Below, in pieces: positions 36,939-50,628 of a stretch of 64,000 nucleotides of DNA. The notes beneath the pieces are model-generated. The model ran no database searches and was not told the origin of the DNA. It saw only the letters and a list, made by a program, of their open reading frames with translations. The translations under genes and the position numbers were made by a program. How positions within the stretch are numbered: position 1 is the stretch's first letter; each line of letters opens with the position of its first letter. Source of the DNA: Felis catus (taxonomy: Eukaryota); contig NC_058368.1 in assembly GCF_018350175.1 (NCBI RefSeq), positions 168,952,001-169,016,000 of the forward strand, read 5' to 3'.

Positions 36939-37394
36939 GCAAAGTTCTTAAAATAGCAGAGAGCCTGAGAGAAGAAACCCACTAGAATGTCTCAGGCATC
37001 ACACTCTTACACCAGAGTTTAACCATTTTTATTCATAATGATTCCTCAGGTCTTGGAGCACAGAAAGAGGATCTTTTCAGTCTTCTTAGGAACATAAGAA
37101 AGTGTGTGCTGCATTTTAGAAAATTTTTCATTAAATTTATATGTTTTTCTCAAAGGGTTATTTAACTCTTAGTTTCTTGGATATTTTCCTGATATAAAAT
37201 ACCTATTTCCTTGGCAAACAAAGCCAATCAAAATGAAGATTTGCCATGTGCATGTATTCTCACCAAGCAAGAGTTGCCTGCAACATGCCTTAATGTTTGG
37301 GATCATAAAATACCAAAGTGTCAATGAGTGTGAGAGATAGTCCTGGAGATGCTAAAGATTAGAGACCTGACAAAATAAGGATCTTATAGATCTT

Positions 37395-37615
37395 TTTTTA
37401 AATTATTTTTTAAATTAAAAAATTTTTTTTTATTTATTTTTGAGACAGAGAGAGACAGAGCATGAGCAGGGGAGGGGCAGACACACTATCTGAAGTGGGC
37501 TCCAGGCTCTGAGCTGTCAGCACAGAGACCAATGTGGGGCTCGAACTCATGGAGTGTGAGATCATGACCTGAGCTGAAGTCAGACGCTCAACCGACTGAG
37601 CCACCCAGGAGCCCC
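37395..37615 (-). mobile_element. Can-SINE
   Basis: TSD aggatcttatagatctt (37378-37394) / aggatcttacagatctt (37616-37632). Confidence 0.97.
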
Positions 37616-37807
37616 AGGATCTTACAGATCTTAAAGATCTTTTTAGATCCATTTTAACCTAAGTAAATTATAATATTTAGGAGAGTAAAATATGACTAAA
37701 CTGATCCATTGCTATCAGTTATCATCTAACCAAGTTCAGTTAGAGTCTTAGGTCAAAATAGTTACTCAGGCCACTTTTTTTTTCTGCTGTATTAAAAAAA
37801 TAAATGC

Positions 37808-38022
37808 GGGGCGCCTGGGTGGCTCAGTCGGTTAAGTGTCTGACTTTGGCTCGGGTCATGATCTCACGGTTTGTGAGTTCGAGCCCTGCATTGGGCTCTG
37901 TGCTGATACCTAGGAGCCTGGAGCCTGCTTCGGATTCTGTGTCTCCCTCTATCTGCCCCTCCCCAACTTGTGCTTTGTTTCTCTCTGTCTCTCAAAAATG
38001 AATAAATGTAAAAAAAATAAAT
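37808..38022 (+). mobile_element. Can-SINE
   Basis: Full head and tail; TSD aaataaatgc (37798-37807 / 38023-38032). Confidence 0.97.
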
Positions 38023-38279
38023 AAATAAATGCAAGACCAGGTCATAAAAATTTAACATCTTCTTACTATCTAATCACAATGTCTCTGTGACCATATGTGT
38101 AACCTCATTTAGAGATGAGGAGAAAAGTCAAATTTGAGGTCTTTCCTAACTATAAGGGCTCTGCAAATGCTCTTTTGCTCGTCCCCTCCACCACTCTCCT
38201 AAAGAGCAAAGAAGACTGAAGTAGTTTACTTGCAATGGGGATGAGAAAAAGAAGAGACAAAGTCTTGGGCATGGGACAC

Positions 38280-38660
38280 CTCAAACCTTCCAGTGCCCAC
38301 ATATTATCCCTTAGACTGATGACCTGAGAGCTTAATGTCCCTCAGGCTGAAAGACCTGATCAGCTGGCCCCTCATTTCCTGTCACTCAGCCCTGCCTTCC
38401 TCCATACACCTTTGTCCCAGTACACCTCTCTCTTGTCCCATGGCCTTCAAACATACTTTCACTTCGCTTGGAGCCTTCTATACCCATCTCCCCTCATTAC
38501 ATCCTTCAGGTTCTGGTTAGACCTCATTTCCCTCAGCAAGCCCTGTTTCTCTAACAAATCTTGGTTAGTTGCCTTTCTTACTACCCTATCACAGCACTTT
38601 CTCCACTGAATTATGATTGTTTACTTAGTTATCTGTCTCCCCCATAGACTTCTATGATAC
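38280..38660 (+). mobile_element. L2 fragment
   Basis: tcaaaccttccagtgcccacatatt...ttatgattgtttacttagttatctgtctcccccatagact. Confidence 0.6.
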
Positions 38661-41542
38661 TGCTCTAGAATATAAAATGCTAACTCCAGTTAATGAGGAA
38701 GTAGAAAATGAGCAAATAAATCCATACAATAACATGGAAGACTGCTACTGGTTCTTGAGAGAGGAGATAGAACAGTAAGTTATCCCTTTTCAGGTCACAG
38801 AAGCCAATGTATCTTTGAAGTGATTGCTGTTGTTGTTGTTTTAGTCCCTGTCATTAGTATTCTCCTGGCATATAAATTTACTGAGAAGCTATTGAAAATG
38901 AAGTTTCATGGGTCTTTGCTGTATTATTATCAAAACAATCTGTAAATTATTTGTGACATTTTTAGTGTTGGACCTTGAAGTAGAGTCCATTGCAAATTCC
39001 TCATCCTTAACTGTGAGTCATTCTAACAGAATACATTAAGATTTAATTATAACTAAGTGATTTTAAGGTAATCAAAGTGACATTTTATAAAACTGCTATT
39101 GTATTGGAAATAAGTGATGGGTTCCATGAAATAATGATAGGGAAGTATTTGTAAGAGCTTGTATCTTTGACTAGTTCTTTTTACCTTTGAAAGTGGAAAA
39201 TGGTCTGAAATGGCCTCACAGCACAGAAAATTGTTGTAATTCACTCAACAACACTCTCCTAATGTGCTATACTTTTTTTTTTAATGGAGGTCCCAAATTT
39301 TTTGTTTAAAAAACATTTTCTGTATTTGTCTTTTCTGTTTTTGAATGTTAGGGATAATATGTTTTCCACAAACCACTTGAGACACAAGAAATAGAATCAT
39401 AATAGATTCAGTCAAATTGAGTTGGTGGCAAACTACTAAATTCAAATGAAAAATTAGTTTTTTTTGTTTTATGTACAATATACTGAATTATTGAACAAGA
39501 AAACCTTGTTCAATATGAAGAGAAAATGCAGAGATTACTAAATTTACAAATTGCTATAAAAGCCACAGACCTACATTTACCCAGGGTGCAAGATGAGTAA
39601 AATATGCCATGTTACAATATATGTTCAGGATATATAATTTCTGTTTTGCTAGTGGAATGTATTTTTCTTCATTGATAAATTATGGCATTTGCTGTATTAG
39701 AGATTACGAAAGAACTTGACCCTAAAAGAGATTGCTTTTCAGAATCTGTCACCTTTTGGAAAATGAGTCACAATGACTGTGGTCAACACATAATCTGACA
39801 TCAGCTCAAAACAAGTTTCATACTTCTGATGTTTTACACAGTCCAATGGACATATTTACAGCCATTTGAAAAGATTTTCCAAGTCTTGTCCCATAATTAA
39901 CTCGAAAATTAGAAAGCAAATAACTACATTAATTTTTAGCTCCTTAAAAATACATCTTCACAGAGTTACAATTTACTCTCATGCCTCCTGCTCTTAGGGA
40001 GGGTTGATGCCAGAATTGTCTATTTGTACAGCATTTCTGGAACTTTTAGCCAACCATAATTGAAGATAAAGATCTTTTTTTCTAGAAGATAAAAGCTATT
40101 TCCACATGAGTTTAGTTCCAGAAAAAAATTTGCATGTGTAGATGATTTTATACATCACATGAGGAAAAGAAGCTATGTAACCCCCATATTTCTCATTCTG
40201 CCTTAGCTCCCCAAAAATGTAGAATCAGAATAGGTGCCTGAATATACTAAATCTGCTTTATCATCATCAGCTCCTTCTTCCATTTAATATAGTCTACATT
40301 TTTTAAAATCTCACATCTGTGTTTTAACCTACCAGACAGTCATCAGTATAGTTACATACTCTACACCAGAGGTGCATGGGAACTGAATGCGGCCTGTGAT
40401 CAACCCAAATTCGCACTCCCGTTTTCCCAAAGGCACCATAAGGCTAGAAGTGGCACCAGTACCGTAAGCCCACTAGAAATAGGCAGAGCATAAATCATTA
40501 ATAAATATAAATTTTAGGCTTAGTATAAATACAGCCCTCTGGAAAAAGGATTGAATTATGATCGCTGTCAGAAAAAGGTCAACATATGTCTCTGATTTAT
40601 GTGTGTATAAGATATATAAAACAAATATAATAATTCAGATACATACTGAACTCCAAGCATTTGTAGAATAGTTTCACTGTGAAATTATTGGCATATGTAT
40701 GCCTCTCTTGTAGTTATGGCTACATTTTCTCTTTAATTATCATGTTCAGGAAAGCACAGCCTTTTCAGTAGACTTGTAGAACTGTGTCAATGAAAGAAGT
40801 CTGAAACCTGCAGCTTTATTTACTACTTGATTTATCATCATTTTAATAAAACATACTGTAAATTACACCATTAAAACTGCAGTTTTGCAGATTTTATTTT
40901 ATAGTATTGAGCTTTAAGACCATTTATGTTTTCTTTAAAAGTAAATTAATAATGGATTAACAAAGTATAGATTAAAAAGAGAAACAAAAATAGAGGAAGA
41001 GAGTGCCATAGCTTTATATGTGTATAGAGCCAGTCAACAAACTTGAGCATGATGCCTTTTTAATGACCTAATAAAGCAAATAAAATTCCATTATATTGTG
41101 TTGGTGCTGTTTCCCTAGTGAACTGTTAACTCAGAACTTCAGGGTAAAAAAAAAAAAAAGTCCATTTCAGTTTATATTAAAAAGTAGCATTATAATATGA
41201 TTAATAAAATTACCTACCCATTCGTTTCGTTATGTTTTCTGGGTGCATATATACCTAGGGAGGTATTCTAAGCAAAGGGATTTGAGGGGATATTTTTTTC
41301 ATTTTGTTTTCTATCATTGCTTCATTTCTTTATCCAAAACATGTATTATTTTACCAAAACAACAAAAACATTCTAAAGTTTTTAAAATTGGCTTATGGTT
41401 GCACTTTTAGTAATAAAGCATCCTACCAAGTCCAATATATCATATTTGGCTTTAAGGATCCAGAAGAGGATAGTACAAAGAGTACCAGGTTCGCTTCTAA
41501 TAGTAATTTTATCACTAACTTGCTATATAACAAAATAGACTC

Positions 41543-41738
41543 AACATTTATGTAGTGCTTACTATATGCCAGGACCCATTTTAAATTTTACTTAAGGTGA
41601 GATGAGTAATAATATTTTCCCAATTTCACAGATCAGGAAAATGAGGCCTACAGATATACAGGTAGTAGAGAAGTGTCAGAATTTGAACTTGAACTCGGAT
41701 TCCAGAGTCATTGTTTTTAATCATTAGCAATATGCTGT
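41543..41738 (-). mobile_element. MIR
   Basis: aacatttatgtagtgcttactatatgccagg...tttcacagatcaggaaaatgaggc...aatttgaac...ttccagagtc. Confidence 0.8.
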
Positions 41739-42608
41739 CTCACCATAAGAGTCACTTTAGAGCATGTTTTCTTATTCCACTAATTAAGATACTGGCTCCA
41801 AAATGTTATGGACAATTTGCCTGGAAGCAGTAGAAAGAATAGAGTAGCAGGGGAGCAGTGAATGATCCTTCTCTGTTGAGGTTTCTTACAGACTTCAACA
41901 GATGTTTCCTCTAGTCATTGTTTCATATTTAAGTGTATTTAGGTCTGCAGAAACTAGCAAGAGTACAATTAATAATGACACATATTTGGGGAAAGTGCAA
42001 AAATCACCTACCGCTGGAAACATGGACCCACCCTATGTAAGAGGTTAATCTGAAAAGTCTCCCAGTTGGAACCAGAAAACGGGTGTAACAGATATTTTGC
42101 CATTATACATCTTTTCCTCAGGTGTCAGGGATATCGATAACATTTATGAACTTTGACCAGAAGTATGAAAACTGCAGGAATGGGAACAACCCTTCAGAGA
42201 CTGTACCATGTATCTTCCTACTGGAGGATATCCCCAGCTGTGGGAATATTAAATGCAAGGTGATCTTCACAGAGTGGAAGGTGAAATGCTTGTTGAATTG
42301 ATCTCTGTGTTACACTTTATTGGGGAATATGGAATAAACGATTCAGAAATGGAAGTAGGAAAGAAATCTTGTTCTAGCAAATAAAGAAGAAGCAAAACCC
42401 ATGCCTGCAAGAAGAAAATGGTAAAAATCAGTGAGTTTAAGAATACAGGGAGAAGAGACCTCTTATCCAGTAGTCTTAACCATTAGCATTTAGATAAAGA
42501 AAAGAAAGAGGAGTATAGTTTAAGACGTAGTTTTTAGATATGTTTACCTTGGTCTTTAGAAAGTCGTTTTCAAGATGTTTAGAGAAAGGAAAAGTAGTAT
42601 TTGACATC

Positions 42609-43076
42609 TGTATTATCATATCCACTAACTTAGCTGTTTAACACAGCACAGATTTATTCTGTGAACAGTTCTGAAGGTCAGAAGTTCGAAAGAGGTCTCA
42701 CAAGACTGAAATCAAGGTGTTAGAAGGCTGCATTCCTTCTGAAATACCCAAGTGTAGAATCTGTTTTCTTGCCTTTGCCAGCTTCTAGAGCCCCCCCCCC
42801 CTCCTTGGCCCATGGCCCCCTTCTCTGTATTCAAAGTCCATCACTCCAGCCTCTGCTTTCATTGTCACAGTTCCTTTTTCTGACTGACTCTACTGCCTCC
42901 TCCTTATAAGGATGCTTGTAATTTCATTGGGCCTGCCCAGATATAATCCTGGGTGTTCTCCCAGCTCAAAATCCCAAGTCCTCTTTGCCATGTAACGTAA
43001 CATATTCCTAGGTTGGGAGGATTAGGACATACACAACTTTGGGAGTGAGGAATGGCTAATTATTCAACTTACCATA
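42609..43076 (-). mobile_element. MaLR LTR (MLT1C/D-like)
   Basis: atttattctgtgaacagttctgaaggtcagaagt...aaatcaaggtgt...ttgccatgtaacgtaacatattc; 5-bp TSD acatc / gcatc. Confidence 0.9.
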
Positions 43077-43162
43077 GCATCTTAAAATCCTAACGGGGGA
43101 AAAACTCAAATTAGAATGGGAGCCCTTTAACACTGAAATTTTGAAATAATGGTGAAAGATCC

Positions 43163-43560
43163 TGTATTAGCTAGGAAAGGTTGAGCTATATGCTGCAACG
43201 ACAAATAAATACCACATCTCAATGGCTTAATGTAGCAAACAATATTCCTTGCTAATGGAGAATGTGGGAGCAGTCCTGTAACTCTGCAGAGTGGGTCCTT
43301 TCAACACAAATGACTTAGAGATCCAGGATTGTCTCATCTTGCGTGTTTTCCATCTCAGTATGTGCACTTGCCTTGGCAAGGAGAGAGATAGCTGTATAGG
43401 AGCTTTTCACTCTCTTAACCCCAAAGTGACACATGTCACACATTCTCGTGTCACATGGCCCACCTAAGTGTAAGGAGGCTAAGAAGTGCAGTCTTCACAT
43501 GTTTAGGAATAAAAGAACCAGATAGGAATGTAACTTAAGTAATTCATGTGTTACTGCCTA
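43163..43560 (-). mobile_element. MaLR LTR (MLT1J/L-like)
   Basis: tgtattagctaggaaaggttgagctatatgctgcaacgacaaa...aagtgacacatgtcac...gtcacatggcccacctaagtgtaaggaggctaagaagtgcagtc. Confidence 0.8.
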
Positions 43561-43579
43561 GGATACTCTCTAGTGAGAA

Positions 43580-44280
43580 ACTGTGAAAATAGCATCAGCA
43601 GGATAAAATTCAAATGAGCTGAGGCCATTGACAAATATGAAGAGTAGTCAAAAAAGGAGATGGACGTGGGTTTTTTTTTGTTGTTGTTGAGAGTAATGTT
43701 CAGATAAGGAAGAAAAGAGCCAGTACTTAGAAAAGATGGGATCATTTTAACAAGTGACAGAGCAAGTAAGGAGCAAATAGGAAAAAGGAGAACAGATCTT
43801 GCTAAGAGGTCCTCACAATTCAGCAGTGATGAGGAGTGACTGTCTGGGATAAGTTTCCTGGTTGAGGTGATTGTAGCTCCGGAGGCAAAGCCTGCTAGTG
43901 AGATCACCAAACTGCCGATGGCCATCTAAAGATTCATGGTGAACAGAAGAGGAACAAAAACACTGGGATCAGCATATTTCGTCTTGATTTTTCACAAGAA
44001 TGAAAAATAGATTTGGAATACTTCTACCAGTGAGCTTGATGATGCTCTTATAAAAATTTCAAGTGGATTATTAAATAGATGGTGAATCTATACAAGATGA
44101 AGTAATGTCAACAGGAGCCAGCATGAGCTCATCAAGAACACTTCTTTCTTTTCATTTTTTTGAAAGTGTATATGCTGGTAAATTAGGCACATTGTGATCA
44201 CATCTGTATTCCACCAAGGTATGTGACGAAGTTTCTCTTGATATCTCTGTGGATGAGATGAGGAAAGGGTTCTAACTGAT
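43580..44280 (+). mobile_element. L3/CR1 LINE fossil, reverse-transcriptase region
   Basis: Degenerate CR1 ORF2 motifs in order: NELR near 43613, PVSL 44027-44038, SQH 44116-44124, KVCDEVSLDI (cf. KAFDKVSHDI) 44216-44245. Confidence 0.7.
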
Positions 44281-44329
44281 AGTTAAGTAGGTTTGTAATG
44301 AGTGGGAAATGGGAAAACATTTGTTTAAA

Positions 44330-45290
44330 AGTGCAAATGGAGAAATAAACTAGAGCCAAATCATGGAAATCCTTATAAGCTGTTTTAAAGGGATTTAGAC
44401 TTTTTCTTGAGAGCAATTTGGGCTCATTAAGTAAGGTTGTGAAATTATTAGATTTGTCTTATAGAAATGCCACTGTCACTGCAGTGTGGAGAACAGGCGG
44501 AAGAGCCTACTAGCAAGACAGGCCAGCAGGTGAGAGGTGATGGTGGACTGAAATAAAGGAATTACACTATGAACAGATAGTAGCTGATGAATTTAAACAA
44601 CCTCAAGTTGGTAAAATGGACAAGGTTTTGTCACCACTTAATTAAAATTTAAGGGTACAAGTGGGGTGCAATATCACAACACTACTGAGTATGACTTGAG
44701 CAACTGAGTGGATGGTGATACCATTTCTCTGTTAAGGGACCACAGGAGAAGGACCAAGTAGGGTTGTGATCAATTTTAGGTTGCCGTAGGGTAGTACACT
44801 AGAGATGTCTAGAGGCGTATGGGTAAGCTCTGGAACAAAGAAGGGATCTCGGATGGAGATAAAGACTTAGGAGTCATGAGCTTGTAGCTGACAGAGCAAT
44901 AGGAGTGTACGACATCATCCAGAGAGAGCCTATAGCCTGAGAAGAAAGTGCTTGGGACCAAACCTTGGGAAGCATCGGCATTTCAGGATTTCATGGGCAG
45001 AAGACATCAAGAGGGTGTAGTTGAGGGCAGTGTGGCATCCTAGCAGCTAAAGGAAGAGTTTCAAAGAGGTAGCAATCAGTAATGTCAAGTGCCAAGAAAA
45101 CTGCTATAGTGTCAAGAGGAGAAGAAAAATAAGGCCTTAGAGTGTGCACAGCATGTAGCCTCAAGGAGACAAGAGCACTTCTAATAAAGTGATGGGTGAA
45201 ATTACATTATAGTGTGAAGAAAGAAGATGAAGGAGTAGGCACAGAGAAGAGAGAAACGGGAGGGGGGTGTGAGGTCAAGGGTAAGGTTTT
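44330..45290 (-). mobile_element. Long L2 fragment
   Basis: cactgtcactgcagtgtggagaa...ggtgagaggtgatggtggactg...tgagcaactgagtggatggtgataccattt...ggatggagataaagacttaggagtcat. Confidence 0.8.
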
Positions 45291-46109
45291 TATCTTCGGA
45301 TTCTAAAGGAAAGAGTCAGTAGAGAAGAGAAGGTGGAACAAACTTGATAAGTAAGTAAATGAAACTGAGACCCAGCCACCTAAGTCTTATAGGCCATTTA
45401 AGCCAGAACCAGCATAGTATTTTTTGAAAACTGCTAGACTGTGTGGATTTCATACTGGTTACACTGTGATGAAGCTCATTGTAGCCTTCTCCTATCTCCA
45501 CAAGCCAGTCAAGGCTGGGGAGTTACTAGTTTTCAATGAATTGAAAATATGTACACAATTATATTGAATTAAGTCTTTAGTAGCTTCTCAGAGACACTTG
45601 TGTTTTAAAATCTGCTGGCGGTTCAGTGTTAGACAGATTTTCTTAGTGACTATTTCTATGAAAACACTTTAAAATGCAATTTACTGCTGTGATCAGCAAT
45701 AGGGGAAGGCTGTAAAATTTCCACCGTTGTAAATTCCATTCCCCTTGATCTGTCGTGCCTAGACTGTAATTTTTTTAAACCATTTATCTTCGTGTTGGGC
45801 TTTTTTGCTGGAGTGTACATTGCTGGTGGTTTTATTTGATCACTGGCAACAAGCTCAGATATTCTTTTTCTGATATTGAGCATTTCAAGCAATTCCCTAA
45901 TGAGTCTGCCTCTGTGCTCCAGTGCTGTTAACTTTGATAGATTTCCTGTTGTGAGAATAAGCTCCCAAAAATAATTGACTTATTTTCCCTAGGGATTCTC
46001 CATTTCTTTGGAATTTTATTATTTCTAAATTGTAAATTTTAGTTTGCCTATCCAGATCTCCTCTACTATAAAGTAACATTGAATACTGGGGGCTTGGGGA
46101 CTTTGATGC

Positions 46110-46380
46110 ATTTGTTTAGCAAATGTATGGAGAAGTACTGTGTCACAGGGACTTGGGTGTTGAGGTGACAGACTCTCGTAAGAGGTTTGGCACAGAGCTG
46201 TCATTCAAGACAGAGTCAGACATGTAAATCTGTGATCACCACAGCGAGATACATGCTGAATTGTGCTGTGGTCCACATCCAGGAAGGACTTGGCAAAGGT
46301 AATGACGCTTGAGTTAGATTTTGAAGAATGAGTAGGATTTAGCTAGATGAAGAAGGAAGGGAAGATTTGAATTAGGAGAA
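46110..46380 (-). mobile_element. L2 3' fragment
   Basis: catttgtttagcaaatgtatggagaagtactgtgtc...ttgagttagattttgaagaatgagtaggatttagctag. Confidence 0.6.
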
Positions 46381-49294
46381 CAAAATGCTTCTTTAAAAAA
46401 CAGTCTATATTTTATATAAAGAAGCTACGGAATCTGTGAAATCAACGAATTGGGAAAAGGATGTGGGGAGAATGCTTCGCTTTAAGAACACCAGTCTCCT
46501 CCTAGAATTGTGGTCTTTATTCCTTTTCATCAGTCAGCCATCTACTTTTCCCTCGGTAATCTAAATCCTAACTGTGTTCATAATACCTCTCTCAAGAAAT
46601 CTTCAGTGACTCAACATTGCCATCGGATGACATTCAGAGTCTAAATCCAGTCTTCATGGGCTTAGGGCCTACAGATGATCCTCAAACCCCAACGTATTTA
46701 CTATTCGCTGAACCCACTGCACTTTTAGATCTCACATATTTGCTCACATTGTACCCTCTGCTCAGAGTGACCTTCCTTTTCTTCTCTCTCTCTTCTCTAT
46801 CTTACCTGGTTAAAATCCTACCCAACCTTAAAAGCTAAACTATATGGAAAAATATACATCCATGCAATGTAAGTCATTAAAAATATTTTGTCAACAAAAC
46901 AAATTTAAGTCATTAAAAACAACCTTATGGGATGGCTAATTCTTATGAAAAGATTATTTAACATATTAATAGGTGAAAAACAGGATGCAATAGAGCATGT
47001 TTAAATACAGCTTTAAAAAAATGAACATGCAGAATAAATTACTTTGGGCATACTCAGCATGATACGACGGACAGTCATTCCCTCTGGCTAGGTGGGTAAT
47101 GGCTACTCTTTCCCCCTCTCCCCCCCTACTTTTAGCTTAGTCTTTATTTTCAGGTTTTTTCCTGACAGTAAACATGTGGTGCTTTTATAGTCATAAATAA
47201 AGTAAGAGATGTTAGTTTCAACATTTAAAATAGTTTTTAAAACACTCCTCTTTCAGGGGCCCAACTCATTGTGATTTCTTCTTACACTATCCTGCCATCC
47301 ACCAATCAGAAATGATCTTTACCTTCTGTTTGCTACCATCACATGTTTTTGTTCTGCTTCTATAACACCATACCACATAACATATTTTAGTTAGGTGCTG
47401 CAACCCCCAAAGTGGTCACTTGGTGCTATGAATAGAGATCACCCTATTTGTTGAATGAATCAGTGAATCAGAGAATGCTTTTGAGAATTAAAAGTAGCAT
47501 CGTTCTTTCCTTTAAAGAGCTTAAAATCTTACTGGGGAGACAATTCATGTAGTCAAGAAAACTAGGAACATTAATTTATAAAGCAGTAGCATAATAATTG
47601 TCAAAAAGCATATAAATGTGGAATATGTGACACCGCGATAGAGGAATTCTGTAAACGATGTCAGAAGAATCCTGTCTCCCAGGATGAGATTGAAGGATTG
47701 TAGCTTAGATAGACAGGTGCCAAAAGAAAACACTTTCACTAGAAAACATACTTCGGTGATATTTGAAGGTCAAATTATGAATGCAGAGTCACGGACTCGT
47801 CTGTGAATAGTCCCAGCTCCCCCTCTGAAGCCTCGCACACTGGCTCTGCACGAAAACAGAATGTGCCTGCAATAATCCACAGAGCAGATCATCTGCACTG
47901 ATAACAGGCCATTGACTGGTTTTAATTTACCTGCCGGTTGAAATTCTGTTTTCCTAGTGGTGGTTATTAAAGTGACAAAGAGAAGGGACTGCCTTTCTTT
48001 TGTTGTCCCAACTTGAATATTGTAAGAGCATCTGCTGGGAGGAAAGAAAATGAACCCAAGACATCTTTCTGTCTCAAATCAAATATTTTGTGATAAATTG
48101 GAATGCCATTCACGCTTACTATTTTCAGACGTGATACAATAGAAATAAGGTGTCCCATATAGGTTTCTCCCCCTAAAATTCAAAGTGAGCCTGTGAAGCT
48201 TTACAGCTATCTCCTAGGGATTCAGATTCCAGACTTTGTGATACTGACTTTTGTCTTCAGCCCACATGGGAAGAAACAGAGATGAATCAAATGACAGCCG
48301 TGAGGAGAGATTCATGACGCATCCTGTCCACCAGGAAGCCCCGCGGGCTGCCAAATACAGAACTGTTTCATTTTTCTCTTGTTTCCTTTCTGTATTGGTA
48401 TCTTAGTAACTTTCCTTGAAGGCATATTATATATGTAATCACAAATAGTCTTTGTAAATGTTTCCTAAGAAGAAAAATCCTACTCCGGAAGCCTTGAGTC
48501 ATAACTTGCTGTGCAGTATACTAGCCCATCACGTACAATTTCTTCCCTGCTTCAGGTATTCATACCCAGGGCTGTTAAACTTGGGTTCTCTCTACTACAT
48601 AAGTTAACCCATCAAGATGCTGCTTCAAACCACCTCTATTCTCTAGCTCTCAATATTTTGTTTTCATTTCTATTGCCTTTAATTTTCTATGGTCTAAACT
48701 GAAAATGAAAAGTAGACACAACTTGGCAGCCCTTGAGCAACCCCACATGCACTGTTCTGAGTCTCACTTCGTCAGCACAGAGTCACCTGTCTAGGTCACA
48801 GATGAAGACAACTTTGGGACCAAACCAGTTGTGTGACCTGGGTAAAACACACTGAGAATTTTTGTACCGGGATTCTGATTTTAAGCTAAACATAGACCTC
48901 ATGTACTCGAGCTTTCTCTTGAGAATCCAATAGACTGATGGATGCGGCATGTGAGTGTGTGGGGGAAAGCACACCGTGATGTATTATTTTCTTTTTTGCT
49001 TCTCTGAACATAATGACGTTTTTCAAAATCTGTCTTTTCAAGGTGCAGTCAAAGGCTTTGGGGGATTTGTCGCACACATCAAATACAAAGATCATGAGCA
49101 AAGTAAATATGTAAGGTTAAAAATGGGAAAAACAGGACCAATTGCATAATTCAAAGTGTGACACTGATACTGTGAGTGTATTCCATTCCAGCATCATTAT
49201 TTATAAAAGGTTCACTGTTTAGTTGTTCTTTTCAAATAGCTTCTATAGACAGGATTTTTTTTTTCACATAGTAGGTGCTTAATAAATTTTTAAT

Positions 49295-49760
49295 TAACTT
49301 TTTAATTTTAATTCCAGTATAGGTAGTATACAGCGTTATATTAGTTTCAGGTGTACATTATAGTGTTTCAACACTTCATACATTACTCTGTGTTCATCAT
49401 GATAAGTGTACCCACAATCCCCTTCACCTGTTTCTCCCATCCCCACCCCCCTCCCCTCTGGCAGCCACCACTTCTCTATATTTAAGAGGTTGGTCTTTGT
49501 TCACCTTTTTTTCCTTTGTTCGTTTGTTTTGTTTCTTAAATTCCACACAAAATGAAATCATATGGATTTGTCTTTCTCTGATTGACCTACTTACTTCATT
49601 TAGCTTTGCCCTCTATTTTCATCCGCATTGTTGCAAATGACAACATCTCATTCTTTTTTATGACTAATAGACCACTCTTCTTTATCCATTCATCTGCGGA
49701 TGGACACTTGGGTTGCTTCCATATCGTGACCATTATAAATAATGCTGCAATAAACATAGT
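49295..49760 (-). mobile_element. Carnivore L1 3' end
   Basis: ttatattagtttcaggtgtac...ctttatccattcatctgcggatggacacttgggttgcttccatatc...aataatgctgcaataaacatag. Confidence 0.9.
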
Positions 49761-50209
49761 AATTAATATTTTTTAACTTTTTAATTTTTAGGCCATGAAA
49801 ATCTTGAAATAATTCATTAAATGTTTTCAGTGATCTAAACAAGTATGTACTCTTTCAGGAATGCCTTGCTTTCCAGTTATTTTTGTACTGTTAATATCTT
49901 TTAAAATTACGAAATAGATAAATGATGAGTTATATAACACTTAATCTCTGCTTAACTTATGAGAATTCTAGTTCTTAGTTTCTTTTGTAAGAATTTGGCA
50001 TCATAAGCACTTAAAGGAAAATAAAGGGATCTTATTTGGGTGTAAACACCATCTTTTTATGGGATCATATCCTTAAAGTAATACAAAGGTAGTTTATTGA
50101 ACTTCAGTTTGTTTTACAAAAAGAAAAATAAAAGGTCATATTAGAAAATGTAAGCACCATATAAACCAGTTAGCTCTTCAGTTTTGGAAAAAGCCAAGCT
50201 TTCCTTCTT

Positions 50210-50628
50210 TTTTTTTTAAATGTTGATTTATTGGGGGTGCCGGGGTGGTTCAGTTGGTTAAGCATCCGACTTCAGCTCAGGTCATGATCTCACTGTTCAT
50301 GGGTTCAAACCCCGCCTCAGGCTGTGTGCTGACAGCTCAGAGCCTGGAGCCTGCTTTGGATTCTGTGTCTCCCTCCCTCTCTGCCCATATCCCCCATCTT
50401 GCACTCTATCTCTCAAAAATAAATAAATGTTCAAAAAATTTTTAAATGGTTTTTTATCTCGAGAGAGAGTGTGAGTAGGAGAAGGGCAGAGAGAGAGAGG
50501 AGAGAGAGAATCCCAAGCAGGCCCTGCACTGAGCCCAACATGGGGCTTGATCTCAGGAACTGTGAGATCATGACCTTGGCCGAAATCAAGAGTACCATGC
50601 TCAACCAACTGAGCCATCCAGGCACCCC
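50210..50628 (-). mobile_element. Can-SINE, older subfamily; tail interrupted by another SINE
   Basis: Body 50459-50628, remaining T-tail 50210-50232; degenerate TSD aagctttccttctt / gaactttcccttctt. Confidence 0.9.
50233..50442 (+). mobile_element. Can-SINE nested in the tail of the minus-strand SINE
   Basis: Full head and tail; degenerate TSD taaatgttgatttatt (50217-50232) / taaatggttttttatc (50443-50458). Confidence 0.95.

Noticed and set aside
4293..46919. Short local direct duplications (atcacacatatac near 4293/4321, taatgactatct x2 near 10259, gggaaacata near 35281/35302, taagtcattaaaaa near 46870/46906)
   Set aside because: Ordinary slippage-type micro-duplications with no common pattern.
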